Of a stretch of DNA of 64,000 nt, positions 56,978-64,000 are shown in pieces. Each line of letters opens with the position of its first letter. Position 1 is the stretch's first letter. Source of the DNA: Actinomycetes bacterium (GTDB taxonomy: Bacteria; Actinomycetota; UBA4738; HRBIN12); the NCBI GenBank assembly GCA_031423155.1, contig JANPEZ010000033.1:30125-94124 (forward strand). Reading direction: 5' to 3'. Under the pieces are notes generated by a model. It did not search any database. It was not told the origin of the DNA and worked only from the letters and a program-made list of their open reading frames with translations. Made by a program: the position numbers and the translations under genes.

Positions 56978-58432
56978 TTACTCCATCAGGCGTTCGCGCA
57001 GCAGTTCCTGCGCCACCTTGGGATTGGCCGATCCTGCGGATCGCTTCATGACCTGTCCGACGAGGAACCCGATCACGCTCTCGTTCCCGGCCCGGAACTT
57101 CGCCGCGGCGTCGGCATTGTCAGCGATCACCTCGTCGGCGATGGCGCCGAGGGCACCTTCGTCGGAGACCTGCTTCAATCCCTTGCGCTCGACGATGCCG
57201 TCGATCGGATCACCGGTCTCGAATGCGTCCTCAAGGGCTTGCTTCGCCCCGGCCCCCGAGACGGTGGCGTCGGCCACGAGCGCGATCAGGTCGGCCAGGT
57301 GATGCGGCGTCACCTTGGCATCGGCCGGCTCGATCCCCGCCTTGTTGAGAAGACCGGCTAGGTCCTGCGTGATCCAGTTCGCCGCCGCGGAAGCCGGCGC
57401 GCCCAGTGCGACCGTCTGCTCGAATAGGTCCGTAGAAGCCCTCGATGCCACCAGCACCGCGGCGACGGACGGCTTGAGGCCGAGATCGGACTCGTATCGA
57501 GTTCTGCGGGCCGCCGGAAGCTCCGGCAACTCGGCACGGATCTGCTCGATCCACTCGGCCGAAGGCTCGAGCGGCGGGATATCGGGCTCGGGAAAGTAGC
57601 GGTAGTCGAACGCCTCCTCTTTGGAGCGCATCGACTTGGTGGAACCGAAGTCCTCGTCCCAATGGCGGGTCTCCTGGACGATGTTCTCGCCGACGTCCAG
57701 CGCGCCGGCCTGACGCTTCATCTCGAAGTGCAGCGCACGCTCCATCGAACGGACCGAGTTCATGTTCTTGATCTCGACCTTCGTGCCGAAGGCTGCTGCT
57801 CCCGGCAGGCGAAGGGATATGTTCGCGTCGCACCGCAGCGAGCCCTCCTCCATGCGGACATCGCTCACGTCGAGGGCCTCCAGGGTTGCCCGGAGCGTTC
57901 GCAGGTACGCGCCGGCCTCCTGCGGGGAACGCATGTCGGGCTCTGAGACGCACTCGACCAGCGGGACTCCCGCTCGGTTGTAGTCGATCAGGGCGAACTC
58001 GGCTTCGTGGATGCGCCCAGAGGCGCTGCCGTGGGTGGTCTTTCCGGTGTCCTCTTCCATGTGGACGCGGGTGATGCCGACCCGCTTGGTCGAGCCGTCG
58101 GCGAGGTCCACGTCCAAGTGCCCGCCCACGCAGATCGGCAGGTCGTACTGGCTGATCTGGAAGTTCTTGGGCATGTCCGGGTAGAAGTAGTTCTTGCGGT
58201 GGAAGAGCGAGTGGGGCGCAATCTGGCAGTCGAGAGCCAGGCCGATCTTCACGATCCGCCGGATGGCTTCCTCGTTGGGAACGGGCATCGAACCCGGATG
58301 ACCGAGGCAGACCGGACAGACATTGGTATTGGGCTCGGCACCGAACTCGTTCAGACAACCGCAGAACATCTTCGTCTTCGTGGAAAGCTCTACATGGCAC
58401 TCGAGCCCTATCACCACTTCGTAGTCGGCCAT
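56978..58432 (-). CDS. gatB: Asp-tRNA(Asn)/Glu-tRNA(Gln) amidotransferase subunit B
   Basis: MADYEVVIGLECHVELSTKTKMFCGC..., with a C-terminal GatB/YqeY domain. Confidence 0.9.
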   Translation of the reverse strand: MADYEVVIGLECHVELSTKTKMFCGCLNEFGAEPNTNVCPVCLGHPGSMPVPNEEAIRRIVKIGLALDCQIAPHSLFHRKNYFYPDMPKNFQISQYDLPICVGGHLDVDLADGSTKRVGITRVHMEEDTGKTTHGSASGRIHEAEFALIDYNRAGVPLVECVSEPDMRSPQEAGAYLRTLRATLEALDVSDVRMEEGSLRCDANISLRLPGAAAFGTKVEIKNMNSVRSMERALHFEMKRQAGALDVGENIVQETRHWDEDFGSTKSMRSKEEAFDYRYFPEPDIPPLEPSAEWIEQIRAELPELPAARRTRYESDLGLKPSVAAVLVASRASTDLFEQTVALGAPASAAANWITQDLAGLLNKAGIEPADAKVTPHHLADLIALVADATVSGAGAKQALEDAFETGDPIDGIVERKGLKQVSDEGALGAIADEVIADNADAAAKFRAGNESVIGFLVGQVMKRSAGSANPKVAQELLRERLME

Positions 58433-58454
58433 GGCGCCCTAGCCTACCGGCCCC

Positions 58455-59546
58455 GTGCTTGCCCCGGTCCCCGGTTATCCTCCAAGGATGCCCGCCGACG
58501 CCCCCTCCGACAGGCACGCGGCGAAGATCTGGCTCGCGCTCGGCATCGTCTACGTCGTCTGGAGCACCACATACCTGGCGATCCGTGTGGTCAACGAGAC
58601 GCTTCCGCCGCTGATCGCGGCCGGCGTCCGGTTCCTCATCGCAGGCGGAGTGCTCTATGCCTGGGCCATAAGACGCGGCGATCGTGAAGGCGACCGCCCC
58701 GGATACCACCAGTGGCGCGCGGCCGCGATCATCGGGGCGTGCCTGATCGTATTCGGAAACGGCTTCGTCGTCCTGGGCGAGAAGACCGTCCCCACTGGCA
58801 TAACCGCTCTGCTCATCGCCCTGGTTCCGCTGTGGATGGCGCTGATCGATCGCGCGCTGCTGGGTCACATCATCCGCCCGAGGATCGTCGTCGGCCTCAT
58901 CCTGGGTTTCGGAGGGGCGGCGATGTTGATCGGCGGCAGCGCGATCCAAGGAGGCGCCCCTGCGAGCGGGATGCTGATCGTCGTCGTTGCCTCGTTGTCC
59001 TGGGCCTCCGGCTCGCTGTATTCGCGCACGGCTCCGCTACCGGCCCGTCCCTTGGTTGGAGCCGGCATGGAGTTCCTCTGCGGAGGAGTCATGCTCGTGA
59101 TCTTGGGAGGAGCGCTCGGCGAATCCGGACGGATCCATGCGGACGGTTTCTCGCGAGCGTCCGTCATCGCCCTCGTGTACCTGATCACGGTCGGGTCCTG
59201 GATCGCCTTCGCCTCGTACCTTTGGCTGCTACGCAACGCGAGGACCTCGCTGGTCTCGACCTACGCCTACGTCAACCCCGCGCTCGCTGTCGCGCTCGGC
59301 ACGGTCTTCCTCAACGAGACCATCGCCGCGCGCGAGATAGTCGCAGGTGCCGTGATCCTCGCGGCGGTGGCCTTGATAATCTCGGCGGGAGGCGCCGGCC
59401 GGGAGACGGGGCAGACGTTAGGCGGCGACGAGCGGCGGGCGCAGGAAGAGGGCGAGATCCTGCTCGAGGGCGTGCGCGGCGCGGAACAACACGAACTCGC
59501 CCAGGACCGGAGCCGTGAGTTGCAGGCCGACGGGCAGACCGCCTGA
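58455..59546 (+). CDS. EamA/DMT-family transporter
   Basis: 10 TM helices in two EamA repeats. A hydrophilic about 50-aa tail overlaps the gatA 3' end. Confidence 0.7.
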   Translation: MLAPVPGYPPRMPADAPSDRHAAKIWLALGIVYVVWSTTYLAIRVVNETLPPLIAAGVRFLIAGGVLYAWAIRRGDREGDRPGYHQWRAAAIIGACLIVFGNGFVVLGEKTVPTGITALLIALVPLWMALIDRALLGHIIRPRIVVGLILGFGGAAMLIGGSAIQGGAPASGMLIVVVASLSWASGSLYSRTAPLPARPLVGAGMEFLCGGVMLVILGGALGESGRIHADGFSRASVIALVYLITVGSWIAFASYLWLLRNARTSLVSTYAYVNPALAVALGTVFLNETIAAREIVAGAVILAAVALIISAGGAGRETGQTLGGDERRAQEEGEILLEGVRGAEQHELAQDRSRELQADGQTA

Positions 59547-60887
59547 GTCCAACCCGCAAGGAACGCTGATGGCCGGCACGCCGGCCAGGTTCGCAGGGAT
59601 CGTGAAGACGTCCGACAGGTACATGGCCATCGGATCGTCGGCCTTCTCCCCTATCTTGAAGGCGGTCGTCGGCGATGTCGGCGATACCAGCACGTCGAAG
59701 TTCGCGAACGCCGCCTGGTAGTCGCGGATGATGAGCGTGCGGACCTTCTGCGCCTGGCCGTAGTAGGCGTCGTAGTAGCCGGCGGATAGCGAGTATGTAC
59801 CCAACATGATCCGGCGCTTGACCTCCGGTCCGAATCCGCGGCCTCGCGTAAGGGTCATCATCTCGATCGAGTCGGCGCCGCCTTCTGCGCGCAGGCCGTA
59901 GCGGACCCCGTCGTAACGAGCCAGATTCGAGGACGCCTCGCTGGGAGCGATCAGGTAGTAGGCGCTGAGGGCGTAGTCGGTGTGGGGAAGTGAGACCTCT
60001 CCGACATGGGCTCCGAGTCCTGCCAAGCGGTCGACCGCCGCTCGGACGCTGGCCTTCACATCGGGCTGCACTCCTTCGCCGAATGCCTCAGACACCACGC
60101 CGACGCGCAAGCCTTCGACCCCGCGACCGATCCCGTCGGTGAAGTCCTGCGCGCCTCCATCAAGGCTCGTCGCGTCGCGCGTGTCCTTGCCCGCCATAGC
60201 CGAGAGAAGGACAGCCGAATCGCGAACGCTGCGCGTGAAGGTCCCGACCGTGTCGAGAGACGAGGCGAAGGCGATCAGCCCGTAGCGACTGACGAGGCCG
60301 TAGGTCGGCTTCAGTCCGACCACGCCGCATAGGGCGGCGGGCTGGCGGACGCTTCCGCCCGTGTCGGTGCCCAGCGCCCAGACGGCCTCTCCGGCCGCGA
60401 CGGCGGCGGCGCTCCCACCCGAGGATCCTCCAGGAACCGTGTCCAGATCCCAGGGATTGTGCACGGGGCCGAAAGCCGAGTTCTCGTTGGAGGAACCCAT
60501 CGCGAACTCATCGCAGTTCGTCTTGCCCAGCAGCACCGAGCCGTGCCCGGAAAGCCGCCCCCAAGCCGTAGCGTCATACGGAGGGATGTAGGACTCGAGC
60601 ATCTTCGACCCCGCAGTGGTGCGGATGCCTTTCGTCGTCAGAACATCTTTCAGCGCAAGCGGTATGCCGGCGACGGGGTGCTGAGGCGCCCCGGAGTCAC
60701 GGTGCGTGTCGAGCTCTGCCGCACGCTCGCGTGCGACCTCCGGCGTCGCAGTGAGGAACGCCTTCACCCGATCGTCGACCGCATCGATCCTGGCGAGGCA
60801 AGACTCGGTGATGGCGGCGGCGCTCGTTCCGCCGGAGGCAAGTTCGACGGCCAGCTCCGACGCGGTCAGGTCGCAGAGTTCGCTCAC
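59418..60887 (-). CDS. gatA: Glu-tRNA(Gln) amidotransferase subunit A
   Basis: Amidase-signature family, [14 protein letters not shown]. 489 aa. Confidence 0.9.
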   Translation of the reverse strand: MSELCDLTASELAVELASGGTSAAAITESCLARIDAVDDRVKAFLTATPEVARERAAELDTHRDSGAPQHPVAGIPLALKDVLTTKGIRTTAGSKMLESYIPPYDATAWGRLSGHGSVLLGKTNCDEFAMGSSNENSAFGPVHNPWDLDTVPGGSSGGSAAAVAAGEAVWALGTDTGGSVRQPAALCGVVGLKPTYGLVSRYGLIAFASSLDTVGTFTRSVRDSAVLLSAMAGKDTRDATSLDGGAQDFTDGIGRGVEGLRVGVVSEAFGEGVQPDVKASVRAAVDRLAGLGAHVGEVSLPHTDYALSAYYLIAPSEASSNLARYDGVRYGLRAEGGADSIEMMTLTRGRGFGPEVKRRIMLGTYSLSAGYYDAYYGQAQKVRTLIIRDYQAAFANFDVLVSPTSPTTAFKIGEKADDPMAMYLSDVFTIPANLAGVPAISVPCGLDSGGLPVGLQLTAPVLGEFVLFRAAHALEQDLALFLRPPLVAA

Positions 60888-61177
60888 GAGCCGGTCTCGG
60901 CTATCCGAGGAACCTTGAACCGTCGGTCCTGCTCATCGGGCGCGTTCGAAAGGGCAGCGTCCTGCTTCAGGCTCGGCGTCGACTCATCGGGTCTGAACAC
61001 GTTGGCGCGAGGTATCGCATAGGCGGTTGGCGCGATGTCATCTGCGGCAACCTCGGAGACCTTGGCGGCATGCTCCAGGATGAGCCCGAGTTGGTCACGG
61101 AGCTTGGCCTTCTCCTGGTCGGTCAGGTCCAGGCGAGCGAGGCGAGCGACATGATCGACATCGATCTCAACCGGCAT
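60884..61177 (-). CDS. gatC: Glu-tRNA(Gln) amidotransferase subunit C
   Basis: 97 aa, [30 protein letters not shown]..., overlapping gatA by 4 nt. Confidence 0.9.
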   Translation of the reverse strand: MPVEIDVDHVARLARLDLTDQEKAKLRDQLGLILEHAAKVSEVAADDIAPTAYAIPRANVFRPDESTPSLKQDAALSNAPDEQDRRFKVPRIAETGS

Positions 61178-61207
61178 GGCGCACAGTCTAGCCGGGAGCC
61201 CCGGGGT

Positions 61208-63914
<2,707 letters not shown>

Positions 63915-64000
63915 GTTCGTGCTCCCTCGGCCATCTAGGCGATGATAGCCGAGCCCTGCGACAGGCCCGGAAGCCGCGCCGGCTTCAGCCGCTCATGACG

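Noticed and set aside
57231-58949. 572-aa minus-strand ORF overlapping gatB
   Set aside because: Out-of-frame, Arg/Gly-rich. The gatB frame carries the conserved sequence.

Overview
This 64-kb window is a high-GC (~68-70%) bacterial chromosomal segment, almost certainly actinobacterial. Supporting signs are an HU protein with an Arg/Lys-rich tail, the F420 gene cofC, an ATP-type PEPCK, a Thermus-type long isocitrate dehydrogenase, stand-alone Lrp-like and ArsR-like regulators, and frequent GTG/TTG starts. I infer about 60 CDS and two tRNAs (Gln-CUG, Glu-CUC). I found no rRNA, CRISPR array, transposase/integrase or phage genes.

Content is mostly housekeeping: recG, rpmB, thiD/thiL, pckA, ddl, metB-like, plsC, bioY, hup, gltX, ilvE, serA/serC, gatCAB, ligA, icd, and ureAB-ureC.

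The less ordinary blocks are:
- A 1112-aa exported protein combining two TolB-type PD40 beta-propellers with tandem RTX-like Ca2+-binding modules.
- A tRNA-Glu-anchored segment bracketed by two paralogous secreted PlcN/AcpA-family phosphoesterases. It holds a second Ca2+-binding lipoprotein and a small membrane-anchor ORF that lies in frame with a 175-aa domain across a single TGA.
- A divergent pair of paralogous small membrane proteins, one of them fused to a TMEM175/DUF1211-type K+ channel operon.
- Urease structural genes (gamma-beta fusion plus alpha) with no ureDEFG in the window. They sit between an amidohydrolase and a PotABCD-like ABC importer whose SD appears sequestered in a hairpin.
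- A putative catabolic operon: FAD oxidoreductase, GcvT-family THF transferase, a ring-hydroxylating-oxygenase alpha subunit whose Rieske domain is cleanly deleted, and a SAM methyltransferase. A paired 16-bp palindromic operator lies upstream.
- An orphan Rieske ferredoxin plus ferredoxin reductase.
- A three-gene ABC exporter with a 1008-aa double-FtsX permease and two different ATPases.

Coordinates come from the supplied ORF track plus codon arithmetic, and exact starts are often uncertain. The ORF track omits ORFs that run off the window edge, so recG was recovered by hand translation.
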